Positions 43,972 to 55,278 are shown, counted from the stretch's first letter. The stretch: DNA of 64,000 nucleotides from an uncultured delta proteobacterium (GCA_963706575.1 CAVPNL010000002.1:1-64000), one strand, 5' to 3'. The notes: generated by a model from the sequence alone, not told the origin. A program made the numbers and translations.

Positions 43972-46379
43972 TCAAACTCTGTTCATTTGTTGCCAGCTGA
44001 AAATCACGACCAAATAAGCGGCGATGGCACAACCTAAAATAAAAGATATCCCAAAGATAAGAGCTATCTGGGCGGACACAATAGCTGTGATCACCGAAGC
44101 ACAGCCATTGGCCGACCAGGCGTATGCGCGTTGGGTGGCGGAAGATAACAAATCGCGCATACCAATGGTAAAGGGCAGCCCCATCAGGAACCCGATGGGA
44201 AATAATATCAGCAGGGCCCAGACATATTGCCAGATATTGCCTCAAGTCCCAGCAGGTAGCCCATAAGCGGGTCCAGTGCGAGGAAAGCCAGCAATAGGAT
44301 GGCGATCAAAATTGGCAAGCGCCTTTTTTAAAACGGATTTATCTTTTTTTTGGGCCCAGGCACCCCCGAAGCTTGAAAAAATGAGAATCCCGCAGACCAC
44401 TACGCTAAAGCTAATCACCGGATCGCCGAAAAGCAGAATATATTTTTTAATGAAAAACAGTTCGATGAACATAAATCCGGCCCCGACCCCTAAAAAATAA
44501 AGGACTTGAGAGATGGATGTTTTTCTTTGACTGCGGCGGACAAAAACAAGCGGCAGAAAAAGTAAAAACCCGCTGACCACCAGCGCTTCGATCAAAACCA
44601 CCAGCACCACGATTTCTCCGGACATCAGCAGGGCATACAGGCGACTGCCCAGGGTTTGATATAGTGATTTTACTTTCGGCCATTTTAGATAACGACCGGG
44701 AAAGGGGCGATTGTCCGACTGGGGCTGGATATCAAGAAGATAGGATCTAAAATACCCCTTTTCTTGACCTTTGCGGTAGGCGGCTGCCAGACGATTGACT
44801 TCGATAAAATGGTAGGGCGCATCAAATTTATTGAAACGGTTGGCTTGGTCGGATGTGATCTGGGGAAGAAATACAATGTCAAAATTAAGATTTTCAGCAA
44901 AATTTTTCAAACGCGTCGTCGTCGTGCGGTGAAGCGGCTGTTTAAATACCAGCAGGGTAAAGGTATCCCAGTTGCGAAGAATGGCAAGGTGGTCGGCCGG
45001 ATTGCGAGCGCCGATCAGCTTTAAACCTTCATAGGCGGATGCCCACAGGCGAAGGCAGTCGGCCGGAGGCAGCAGCAGTCTGCGGGAAATGATAACCACC
45101 CCATCCGGCGTCAGGTGCTGCAGGTATTGTAAAAACGCATCGGTGGTAAACAGGTGCTCCTGATCGAGAGCGGCCGAACCCGGAATCGCGGTCCCCCAGT
45201 TTTCCAGATGGATGATGTCAAACTGCTCGGGCGTTTGTGAAATAAAGGCTCTGGGTGGCTGGCAGACAACCTCAGCACCGTAATGTCTGCTTAAAATTTT
45301 GGCCAGCGGCGGATTTTCAATCACGATGGTGACATCTTGAATCTTTGCGGATAGAACACACGGAATAGCCGTTCCCCCTCCCTGCAAAACGACGAGGGCT
45401 TTTTGAGCTCCGGGGCGCAGATGGTATCCGCTGTAAGAGAGGGTAAATGCCGAAAATCGGGTGCTGTCCCGGGAACCGGACGGATACAAAACAAGCTGAT
45501 GATCACCGTCTCTAAATGTCGCTTCCTGCGCCGTAATGCCTTCCTGATAGCGCAGGCTCAACCCCGGAGCAAAACGGATATAGGGGCTCTGTCACCCGAT
45601 CGGTTCGCCCCCTGATATTGCTGAACGTCTGTTCGATACGGGTTTCTGGAAATTGCAGAACCTGGGAAAGGGCTTTATAAGGCGAAGGCTTCACGCGGAT
45701 CAGCCAGTCTCCATAGGGGGTTACCAGATAGATCGAACCCAGGACCAGGACGATACTGAAAAACGCCAGAGCAATTTGAGTTGATCTCTGGCTTTCGGAC
45801 GCCGTTTGAATTTTTTGTAAACGACCGAGGCTCGACCGGCATCAGGACCATCGGAACAATGGCGCAAAAAACAACCAGCTGACCTTCGCTGAAAAAAGGG
45901 AGCAACAGCGCTGGAAAGATCGCACCGCCGGCCGAACCGCACATGGTGGCGAAATAGATCAGACCGGTCTTTTCAGGCAGGCGGGTGTAAGCCAGCGCTA
46001 CAATGAGGCCTGAAAAAAAGAAGGGCAGTGCTAAAAGAATGAAAGCGATGAGCAAATAAACGCTCTGGATGGGTTCAAGCGGCAGCCTGAAATAATCCAG
46101 CGGACTGTTGTTCAAAGCGATGAAGGCCAGGATGGTGGTTGCCGTATACAGTGCAACAAGAATGGCGGTTGTCTTGCGGATAGAGAAAGAATGCGGGTGT
46201 TGGCCGCGACGGGCATTATAGATGCTTAGATAGGTTCCGCTGGCAGCAAAGCCAAACAGGGCAATGCTGATGACCATAAAAGAAAGGTGATTCCACTGCC
46301 CGATGGAAAAGATCCTTGTCAGCAGGACCTCAAAGGCCAGAGTGGAAAAACCGATAAGAAAGACGGCACTAAAAATCAT
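43972..46379 (-). CDS. Large membrane protein with spermidine-synthase-like SAM domain, frameshifted
   Basis: FEVLLTRIFS..HLSFMVISIALFG, SPYKAL, LTPDG, SDNRPF, LGVGAGFMFIE, AWSANG. Confidence 0.75.
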
Positions 46380-46385
46380 GGGCTA

Positions 46386-47116
46386 TCAAGGTGAAGGCTT
46401 TTTTAGCGCATAACCGGTCATGGGTACAAAAAGAACACCGGTAATTTGCTTCACGCTCAGATCTTCGCCCTGTTTGGTGACCATAACCAGATTCTGGTAA
46501 CTAAACGGGTTGCCCAGCGGCAAAGCGAGTCTGCCGCCGTCTTTTAACTGTTTGAGCAATGGCGGCGGAATATGATCGATGGCAGCGGTGATCATAATCG
46601 CATCAAATGGCGCTTGTTCCGGCCATCCGAAATAGCCATCTGAATGTCGAGTTTGAATCGTTTATATCCAAGTGATTTCAAAATCTTATTGGCTTTATAA
46701 TAAAGTTTTTCTTTAATTTCGATGGTGTAAACTTGTTTGGCCACTTGCGCCAGAACTGCCGCCTGATATCCGGAGCCGGTTCCAATTTCCAGGATGCGAT
46801 GATTTTTTGCAGGTTGCAGGATTTCGGTCATCAAGGCAACCACATATGGCTGTGAGATGGTCTGTCCTTCTCCGATGGGCAATGGACGGTCCGCGTACGC
46901 GACCGGCAAAAGGTTTTTGCGGCACAAAGCAATGGCGTGGGACGGCCTGCATGGCCGCTAAAACATTCGGGTCGGATATGCCCCGATTTTTGATGGTGGT
47001 CTGGACCATGTGATCCCTGGCTTTTTTGAATTCAGCCGAATCCGAAACGACATCCGCATGAACCAGGAGAAGTGAAAAGCATGAACCAGAATAAAAGCAA
47101 TGATGATTTTTTTCAT
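46386..47116 (-). CDS. pcm: Protein-L-isoaspartate O-methyltransferase, frameshifted
   Basis: [56 protein letters not shown]. Confidence 0.92.
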
Positions 47117-47175
47117 AGACCGCTCTCCCTGCAGGAATTTATTTTCTATAACATAAAAATGCAGCATTGTCAGGA

Positions 47176-47310
47176 GTCAACGACCACCCGCACAGCGGGT
47201 GGCCTGTCTTTTACCGCCAAAGGCGGTAAAAGACAGGGGTATCGAAGTGCCCCAATCGTTGCGGGTGAAACCGGGTGCAAAGCACCCGGTTTGGAAAACC
47301 CAATCGACAA
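47176..47310. other. Multi-hairpin cassette resembling an IS200/IS605 end
   Basis: GTCAACGA followed by perfect 8, 16 and 11 bp stems with 3-nt loops. Confidence 0.55.
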
Positions 47311-47437
47311 AACTTACACTGTTGATTTTTTGAGTTTTGATATATAATAAGAGGTAAATATAAAATGGATCTATAAACAAAATTAACGGCAACCTAAATT
47401 GAATCGATCATTTTAGGTTCAAAAAAGGAGCAACTGG

Positions 47438-47896
47438 ATGCCATTATTCGGCAAGAAGAACAAAGAAAAGAAAGCAGAGCGACCCCAGGCGGCCTTATCG
47501 CAGAATGAGACGTCCTATTTTGGCAAAAATCTGATGATTAAGGGCCGCGTTTCGGGAAATGGCAACGTTATTATTTTGGGCGGCCTTGACGGGGAATTTA
47601 ATTTACGAGGTCGGGTTAAGGTCGCTCAGTCGGCTAAAATCAAGGGCGAAGTAAAAGCAGACGTCATTTCGGTAAATGGCAGCGTACAGGGAAGTCTGGC
47701 CGCCAAGGAACGGATACACCTGGATCAGACAGCTCGAATTGAAGGGCAGATTACTACGCCCAGGCTATCCATATCGGAAGGCGCCTCTTTTGATGGCGAA
47801 ATTACGATGAAAGATCGATCATCAACACCGTCCAGACCCGCTGGCATAGATTCAGCCCCGGACGCTCAAAATACAAGCGCACCCCCTAAAAAATGA
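47438..47896 (+). CDS. Bactofilin (CcmA/DUF583)
   Basis: SYFGKNLMIKGRV, IKGEVKA..VNGSVQG, IEGQI..L.I.EGA.FDG. Confidence 0.9.
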   Translation: MPLFGKKNKEKKAERPQAALSQNETSYFGKNLMIKGRVSGNGNVIILGGLDGEFNLRGRVKVAQSAKIKGEVKADVISVNGSVQGSLAAKERIHLDQTARIEGQITTPRLSISEGASFDGEITMKDRSSTPSRPAGIDSAPDAQNTSAPPKK

Positions 47897-47980
47897 GTGA
47901 CTGGTGATATCCGGATGCCGCAAAGGCTGCACAAACGCGCGCCCAAATGAATCGATCGAAATTCAAAAGGAGCTCTATTC

Positions 47981-48398
47981 ATGCAAAAAGACAAATCCGC
48001 CGACTCCATATCTTTACTGAGTAAAAATGTCAGAATTGAAGGTGAAATTCATGGGACCTGAAAATCTTCATGTGGAGGGCTATCTCAAAGGCTCCGTTGA
48101 ACTATCCGGCGATATCTTTATCGGCAATACCGGTATCGTTGAGGCCGATGTTGAAGCCAAAAATATTGTTATCCAGGGAGAGGTGACCGGCAACGTGAAG
48201 GCCCACCAGCAACTGGAGATCCACCCCACCGGAAAACTTATCGGCGATTGTACCGCGGCGTCCATCGACATTAAAGAAGGCGCCGTGTTTGAGGGACGCT
48301 CGAATATGATCAAATCATCGGGAGCTGCCGTCAGTTCAAGCCCGGCACCAACAGACAGCGATGCTTCACAAGATCGCAAAGCTCCCCGGTCGGAATGA
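47981..48398 (+). CDS. Bactofilin, second copy, frameshifted
   Basis: LHVEG.LKGSV, VEADVEA..I.GEVTGNV, I.EGAVFEG; AAGGAG RBS before ATG 47981. Confidence 0.85.
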
Positions 48399-48402
48399 TG
48401 GT

Positions 48403-48876
48403 TTATTCTAATTTGTTGGTTGGATCGCCCCCAGCCACCATGTCATTTAATATGCGGCGTTCGACCGCATCAGGTAAAATCCCATTTAGCTCTGCTTCCA
48501 GAACAAGATTGCCATCCTGATTGAAATAGACGGCTTCCGCCTTGGCGCGCAAGCGCTCATCAATATCGATTATGGTAAATCTGCAAGTTATCGTCTCACC
48601 GAAATAAACCGGTTGCTTGAATCGAAAGTTCATGACCGAAGCCAGCCAGCCAATCTGGCCGCCGATTTCAGTCAGCATGCTGCCAACCAGCAGACCGTGG
48701 CAGATTCGATCTTTGAAATTTTTGGCTTTTGAGAATTGCGAATTAAAATGTACCGCATTATAATCCCGGGTAACGGCGGCAAAGGTCATCATATCCACTT
48801 CGGTAAAACGTCGCGAAATGGTAAACGTATCACCAACCTGTAAACCTTGAATGGTCCGATTGCGAATTTCTGACAT
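48403..48876 (-). CDS. MaoC-like (R)-hydratase
   Basis: FAAVTRDYNAVH, RICHGLL, F..PVYFGETI. Confidence 0.88.
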   Translation of the reverse strand: MSEIRNRTIQGLQVGDTFTISRRFTEVDMMTFAAVTRDYNAVHFNSQFSKAKNFKDRICHGLLVGSMLTEIGGQIGWLASVMNFRFKQPVYFGETITCRFTIIDIDERLRAKAEAVYFNQDGNLVLEAELNGILPDAVERRILNDMVAGGDPTNKLE

Positions 48877-49090
48877 AACTGCTCCTTGATTGGAAGGTCC
48901 GAATTTCAGGATGCCGCGATAACAGATTATAAAAACCGGTCTTACTTATTCACAAAGGCTGGATATAGTTCATACACAAGATTAAATCACAAAGGAGTAC
49001 TGTAAAATCAGCTTTAGTGTTTGTATCCCATAAGTAACTTACAAAACGCGCATTATTTTTTCAATCTTCTTTTAAAAATCGAAAGGTATT

Positions 49091-49296
49091 GGGTGTCAGG
49101 TGTCAGGCACCAGGTCCAGGAGAAAGAGGGCAGAGTAGGGCAGCCCTCTGCGGCTGCCTTTTACGATGGCTGGCACAGAGGCCAGCCCTACTTCATCATT
49201 CAAAATTCCGTACTCGATATTCGATATTCAAAATAGACCAAATTGATGGATAGGCCCTCCGGACCAAAGACTGACACCCGAAACCTGACACCTGAA
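49091..49296. repeat. Nested repeats: GGTGTCA/TGACACC arms enclosing a GTAG-type REP pair and a TCGATAT tract
   Basis: gggtgtcaggtgtcagg ... GTAGGGCAGCC..GGCTGCC / GGCTGGC..GCCAGCCCTAC (49135-49191) ... ctgacacccgaaacctgacacc. Confidence 0.7.
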
Positions 49297-49301
49297 TCAC
49301 G

Positions 49302-50234
49302 ATGGTACCGGAATATCTTAAGAGAAAAATGGGCAGGGGTATATTTTTATCAATTTTATTTTTCGGGTTGACGGTGCCATCGTTATTATTGGCGGCCGGA
49401 CCATCAGTGCTGGATACACCGCAGCTTGTGGTTGTTTATGATCAGGGGCTGAAGCAAACCGCACAGCAGGTCTTGGCTGCGTATCCCTCCATTAAACAGA
49501 CGCTTGAATCCATTTTTCAATGGCCGGTGAACTTTCGTCCCTCCCTGGTGCTGATCAATAATCAAAAAAAATTCCGCCAGCTGGCGGGCCATGAACTGGT
49601 TGTGGCATATGCACTGCCCCAAAAAAACGCGGTGGTCATTGATTACTCAAAGATGAACACGTCACCTTTTACCCTGGAAAGGATTGTTCAACACGAGTTG
49701 TGTCATTTACTGCTGCATCACCACATCAATGAGGATAATCTGCCCCGTTGGCTGGATGAAGGTATCTGCCAATGGGCCAGCGACGGTTTAGCCGATATAT
49801 TAATGGACGCCAAGCGGGACCGTTTGCCGGCAGCTATTTTGTCGGGCAGCTATTTTGATCTGGTAAAATTAGCCCATCACTTCCCGCATGATAAAAATGG
49901 CCTTATTCTGGCTTATGAACAGAGTAAAAGTGCGGTGGCGTATATGATTCGCCAGTACGGCGTGCAAGGTATGCGGGATCTATTGGGTCTGCTGCGGCAG
50001 GGGGTTGATATTGAATCCGCATTTGAGAACGGTTTTGCGATCTCATTTGAAAAGTTCGAAGATCAATGGCGCAACCATCTTAAAACAAATATCAACTGGT
50101 TTACCTACCTTTCCATCCACCTCTATGAAATCCTGTTTGTGTCGGCGGCACTGCTGACAATACTGGGGTTTATTCGAAGGTTGCACAGAAAAAGGGTATA
50201 TGAAAAGGGCAATGAGGAGATGGAAGATTATTAG
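49302..50234 (+). CDS. Peptidase MA-like zinc metalloprotein, membrane anchored
   Basis: HELCH (HExxH), PRWLDEG, LAYEQS, signal peptide and C-terminal TM. Confidence 0.8.
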   Translation: MVPEYLKRKMGRGIFLSILFFGLTVPSLLLAAGPSVLDTPQLVVVYDQGLKQTAQQVLAAYPSIKQTLESIFQWPVNFRPSLVLINNQKKFRQLAGHELVVAYALPQKNAVVIDYSKMNTSPFTLERIVQHELCHLLLHHHINEDNLPRWLDEGICQWASDGLADILMDAKRDRLPAAILSGSYFDLVKLAHHFPHDKNGLILAYEQSKSAVAYMIRQYGVQGMRDLLGLLRQGVDIESAFENGFAISFEKFEDQWRNHLKTNINWFTYLSIHLYEILFVSAALLTILGFIRRLHRKRVYEKGNEEMEDY

Positions 50235-50377
50235 AACCCATCTCAAAAAAGCGTCTTAGTGCCCATGGCTGCGTTGCAGACCTCCGATAAATGCTCACAT
50301 ACCCATGTATGCTGCGCTTTCCCGCTCGGTCTGCGCCTTGCCATGAACCCTAATCCACATTTTTGAGATGGGTTCTA
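50232..50377 (-). mobile_element. ~146 bp MITE-like element, copy 2 (inverted)
   Basis: Terminal inverted repeats TAGAACCCATCTCAAAAA / TTTTTGAGATGGGTTCTA; core is the reverse complement of copy 1. Confidence 0.8.
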
Positions 50378-50990
50378 TAAGTGGTTTTTGCTGTGCTCCT
50401 CGAAGTACTGGACTTGGTAGGTTGAAACTTCAAGCTTCGATTGCTGCCAGGCATCTGATGCCAGGCCGGCTTTCAAGCAAAGCTGCGCAAGAAAATCCTG
50501 CGGTTGTTGTATCTGTTCCCATACCTGCGGCAGGAAGGTTGCACTGGCAATGTCCTTGCGAAGAATCACCCCATCGATATGGGGACGAATCTTTTTTAAC
50601 AGATCAGCTGCCTCCCGGTAATACAGCGGCCGGGGCTCCGATAGAATACTGACTTCGATTGAGACACGGTCCAGTTCCGAGAGGCTCAGCGACGAAAACC
50701 GGGGGTCATGGAAGGCGGCATTGATGGCATTTCGGCGAACGCCGGATACCATTGACTCATTGGATGTCAGGTTGCCGATACATCCTCTAAGTTTTCCGTC
50801 AATGGTCAGTGTGACGAAGGTCCCACAGGATGAATTAAAGCAGGGATCGGTTAATGCAGCATTCAAAGAATCGATCTCTTTTTGCGGTATTTTTTTTACA
50901 GAGGTGTTCCGACAGCGTGTGCCGGGCCAGCTTGACCAGTAACTGTCCCTGTTCGAGGCTTAAATTTTGACTGTCATCGTGTTGGTGCAT
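50375..50990 (-). CDS. AMMECR1-domain protein (AmmeMemoRadiSam system protein A), frameshifted
   Basis: GTFVTL..LRGCIG, AAFHDPRF, IEVSILS, ATFLPQVW, LCLKAGL. Confidence 0.9.
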
Positions 50991-51188
50991 TTGAGGAAAG
51001 CAGAATAAAAAAGTTGCTTAGCTACGGATTTATGAACAGTCCGAACTGTTGTATGACGGCCATTCCCTGACGAGAATACACCGCGCAGAAACAAACTGTC
51101 AAATAAAAATAACCAGTGGTCATCACATTCTGGCGGATGAGCGTTTTAATTCGAATCGCAATGTAAACCTGCCGCAGGCGTGAGCTTC

Positions 51189-51213
51189 AGATGGGGGCTT
51201 GAAACCACTTCTA
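51189..51213 (+). repeat. Solo right end of the MITE-like element
   Basis: agatgggggcttgaaaccacttcta versus agatgagggtttgaaaccacttcta in copy 1. Confidence 0.7.
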
Positions 51214-53677
51214 GACAGTTGCATGCAGAGTTGCCTCATCAACATCTGCATCGGAACATTTTTCTTTAGCAGTCGGCTTTACCCACCATTCTTCTCGAAA
51301 CATGGATTTGTAGATGTTGTTGAACATAAAGCCCAGCAGCGTATAAGCAGAAATTCTTGAGACCTGCTTTTCGAGCCTTATTGAAAGTTGCTTTTGCTGC
51401 TCGAGATGCAGTTTCAGGGTGCCCAGATATTTGAGAAACACAATTGTGTCGGAGTGGTCGCCGGATGGGCTATGCATGGATTTAACCTTATTTTCAAATT
51501 CGATTCGAAGGTGATTAATTCTGGCAGGGGAGGAATCAAGTAATCGTTGCCGGCTTTGCGGACTTCCAAAAACAGTCTGGTTGCTGATGCAACGCTTTAT
51601 TTTTTCGGTGGTGGCCAGGACATCGTTGGACAATACCTTTTTAAACATCTTTTTGGAAGTATCGGGAATGGTCAAAAAAATGGATTTAAGCAGCTGTTCT
51701 TTTTGATTCATTCGGGTCTGAAATTCCAATAGTGCGCTGCGCCAAAACGCACGGCTGACATCGGCGACGATTTCGGTTTCCAGCATTCCTTCCATCTGGC
51801 CGAACTTTATTTTATTGCGAATATCTGCAAACAACCGGGCGGTTTTTTGAAACATCAGTTCACCGGTAACGGCTTTAAAAATCATTACCAGGGTGGCGTA
51901 CCAGTCCTGTAAATGTAATATTTGGCTTAAATTGTCGAAATGCTTCCGAAAGGACCACATTGCTGAAAAAATGTGACGGGGTTGCATAAAACGGCGTGCC
52001 GCCCAACAGGGGTTGTTTGATCCTGCCATCTTTCGATTTTCCAAAATCTACAGCGGTTTCTACATCGATGATTCCAAGCTCGTATTCATCGGGGTTCATT
52101 AAAAACAAGGGGTACTTTGCAGGATCGCCGGCGACCAGCAAGTTGTCCGGTTTCAGGTCTCGCATGGCAATGTGCCTGGTCCGCAGCCACGCCAGCAGGT
52201 CCAGCAGATTGGTTATGATGCCGGCCATTTGAGGCTTATTTTGTTCAAAGCGTATCTTATGGACATATTCGGTGATGGTGTTTCGGTAGGCCGTGACCGC
52301 CTCCATCTGCTTGGAAAGAGTCAGCTCGATCAGAAGATTTAATTCCTTAACCAGATTTTCAGGAAGACCGGCTTCTTTGATGCCAACCGCTTTTCTGGCC
52401 AAATGCGTCAGGAACCAGGTTTGAATGCGAAACATTGAGACATTCGATGAAACACCGGAATCTGTTAGAAACTGGCGAATGGCAGCCTGGCATTTGTCAT
52501 ATACCTGTCGGATTTCGATGCCGATGGATTCTTTGGCCTTGCCATATCTTCCGCGGAATTTTTGGTTATCAAAAACGGTTTCGGCGTTTTCGATGATTTC
52601 TTGCGCCATTGCATCTTTGACATCGTGCAGGTTATCGACAATATGACTCAGAAAATAGTATTTTGAAAAATCCATAAAAAATACAAATGTATTTTTTATC
52701 TTTAAATAATTCTGGTACTCGGATTTTGAGACGCAGCCAGTTGACGTATTTTTCTTCCAATTGATCAACCGGCAAATGAGCACTTTCGGGTAATTTATGA
52801 ATCATGCTCATGATGGTCGAAACCCGGGGCACGATGCATTCTTTGGGTGCCAGTTTCTCGACAATCTGGCCTTCTTTTTTGATACTTTTATTGTAGTATT
52901 CAAATTCAGAGATCGGCTTTACGGGTATTTTAACCACCAGGTGGACATCATAAATCACGTAATAACATTTGCTTTTGCTGCCGGCTTCCTCACCCAGCGG
53001 ACCGATGCTCATGCGGCGCCGCATCCATTCTCCGCGATGTTTTATGCGTAGCTCATAAACCGTATTGGACCCCGAAGGCATTGTCCATTAATGGCTTTTG
53101 TCTTCATCGGGGCGTCTGGATCGGCGCCGATCTGGAGTCTGAACAGGTTTAAAAAGTAGCTAATGATATCGGAGGGCGTGATCGCTGTCATCGGCATCTT
53201 CATCGGGCTGCGGCGCCGGTTTCTGAATATTTTGCCGTGGGCGGGATTTGGGGCGGGTTGGCGATCTTTGAGGATCAGATGAAGGATCAGCAGCACAATG
53301 ATGCAAAAGGCCGTGGCTGCCAGGATGGCGATTACCCAGAACGATCGCTGGCCAAATGAAACTGTTGTATTGTTGGCAAAGTCCTTAAATTCGTCATTGG
53401 CACTGATCAAAAGGAGGGATACATTTAAACTTGGCGTGCTTCAGCATCATTTCTGAATTTGGTTTTCCATAGCTCTCGACTTCGATTTTATTGACGGTAA
53501 AAACTTCATCATCGATTTTATAGAGGAGAAAACGACCGGATTTCCAGATCTCATCGACGGTAATCACGGTGCCATTTTTCAGGACTACGATGTTCCTGTC
53601 CTATAGTCGTTTAAATAAACAGCACCGATTCCGACCATTACCAGCAATAATAAAAGAATCGCATGACGCATTTTCAT
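51211..53677 (-). CDS. Membrane-anchored protein-kinase-like protein, multiply frameshifted
   Basis: N-terminal hydrophobic MKMRHAILLLLLVMVGIG, second TM (FWVIAILAATAF), LVVKIP, MRDLKPDNLLV, IIDVET, GGTPFYATP. Joining the pieces into one gene is inferred. Confidence 0.65.
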
Positions 53678-54137
53678 ATTGAGCTAACCCCGCATCTGTA
53701 TTCATCGTATCATATTCAGCGCCAAGGGCGAAGTCCTTTATGCGTTGATCGTAGATTAACATGCTGAAATTATAAGTAAATAATAATATAATGAATTGGT
53801 TACAGCGCCACAAGGGTTGAAGACAAACCATTATTCTTTTATCGGGAAACTATGAATTTTCTTGAATGATATTTTCAGCTGGTGCGGGATTGGCAATACC
53901 TCGTAATGTATTGAAAATAATTAATTTAAAGGAGCTGCATCGGTCGGGATATGAATCAGTAGTGACCTTGCTTTTCATTGACCCCGGCACAACAGTTCAT
54001 TATACTCGATCACCGACCCGGCAGGATCATATACTGGCAATATTTTCAGGCGGTATTACCTTGTCATTGTAACAAGTGAATCTACCGAATAGGGAAGATT
54101 TAATAATTATTGAATATATTAAAATCTGCATCTGAAC

Positions 54138-54616
54138 ATGTGGAAACTGATTCTCTTGATATTGGCGGGGCTTTACACGCTTAATCCGTATGACATCTTT
54201 CCGGATTTTATAGTCGGCTGGGGCTGGCTGGATGATTTGATCATCTGGATACTGTTGTGGAGATATTTTGTATCCCTCAAAAAAAAGTTCGCCAGTTACC
54301 GGCCGCTATTATCAATCGAGCCGACGGCGGATTTAAAGCAAAGGCGTTCCGGGAATTATTCCGGCCAGAACCGATCAGATCCAAAGGATCAATATTCCGA
54401 AGATACTGCACGACGGGAATGGGATCCGCACCGCATACTGGGAATTGACCAGAAGCGCCTCCACCGAAGAGATAAAGCACGCCTACCGGGAACTTGCCGG
54501 CAAATACCATCCGGATAAATTGGAGCATCTGGGTGACGAATTTAAGGCGCTTGCAGAGATGCGCTTCAAAGAAATTCAACAGGCATACCAGGAACTGACC
54601 GGGAAAGGGCTCATAG
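54138..54616 (+). CDS. DUF1232 + DnaJ-domain protein, frameshifted
   Basis: YTLNPYDIFPDFIVGWGWLDD; DPHRILG, IKHAYRELAGKYHPDK. Confidence 0.8.
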
Positions 54617-54642
54617 AAAGAAACTTGAGTAATTGGACTTCC

Positions 54643-55120
54643 ATGATCCCGTGTTTTGCAGCAGAAAAAACGCTTGGCAGGCTGACCAAATGGCTGCGCC
54701 TGCTTGGTTTTGATACCCGGTATGAATCCGAATTATCGGGTAAAAAATTTATTGAAACCCTGGAAAAGGATCGTATTCTGCTGACCCGGACCCGGCGGAT
54801 TCAAAAACAGTTTGCATCCCGCAAGCTGATTTTTATTGAATCGGACCATCTGGATGCAGCAGTTAAATCAGATTTTCCGGGAACTGGATTTAAAAGCATC
54901 GCAAACACGGCCATTTTCAAGATGTCTGCAATGCAATGTGTCGATCGTAGCTGTGGCAAAGACCTCGCTGCTGGGCCGGGTGCCGGATTATATTTTCGAA
55001 ACCCACGATCACTTTCAAAAATGTCCTGAATGTGACCGCATCTACTGGCCCGGCAGTCATACCCGTAGAAGTCTCGAAAAGATCCGGCAGCTGTTGGGTT
55101 TGGATCTGTCGCAAAAGTAA
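54643..55120 (+). CDS. Mut7-C RNase domain protein, frameshifted
   Basis: LGRLTKWLRLLGFDT, RILLTR, FSRCLQCN, CPECDRIYWPGSH. Confidence 0.88.
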
Positions 55121-55164
55121 GCGATCGGTAAGACGCGAACCGACGAAAAAACACAACAAATTAT

Positions 55165-55256
55165 TCGTGGCTGAAAGCCACTCCCGCTGTTTATACCCAT
55201 CAGATTGTGCATTCTGTTTCTATTGCTGAGAACAGTGGGAGCCGCTCATGCGGAGA
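55165..55256. repeat. Inverted pair of GTGG-type REP sequences
   Basis: tcgtggctgaaagccactcccgc ... gtgggagccgctcatgcggaga. Confidence 0.55.
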
Positions 55257-55278
55257 TTCGTTAGCGTGATGGTACCGC

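Noticed and set aside
50375..50990. Complete AmmeMemoRadiSam system
   Set aside because: Only protein A is recognisable; no MEMO1-like or radical SAM gene in this window.
54445..55029. DnaJ-Mut7-C fusion protein
   Set aside because: A TAG lies one base out of frame right after the J domain and Mut7-C has its own ATG at 54643; probably an indel artefact.
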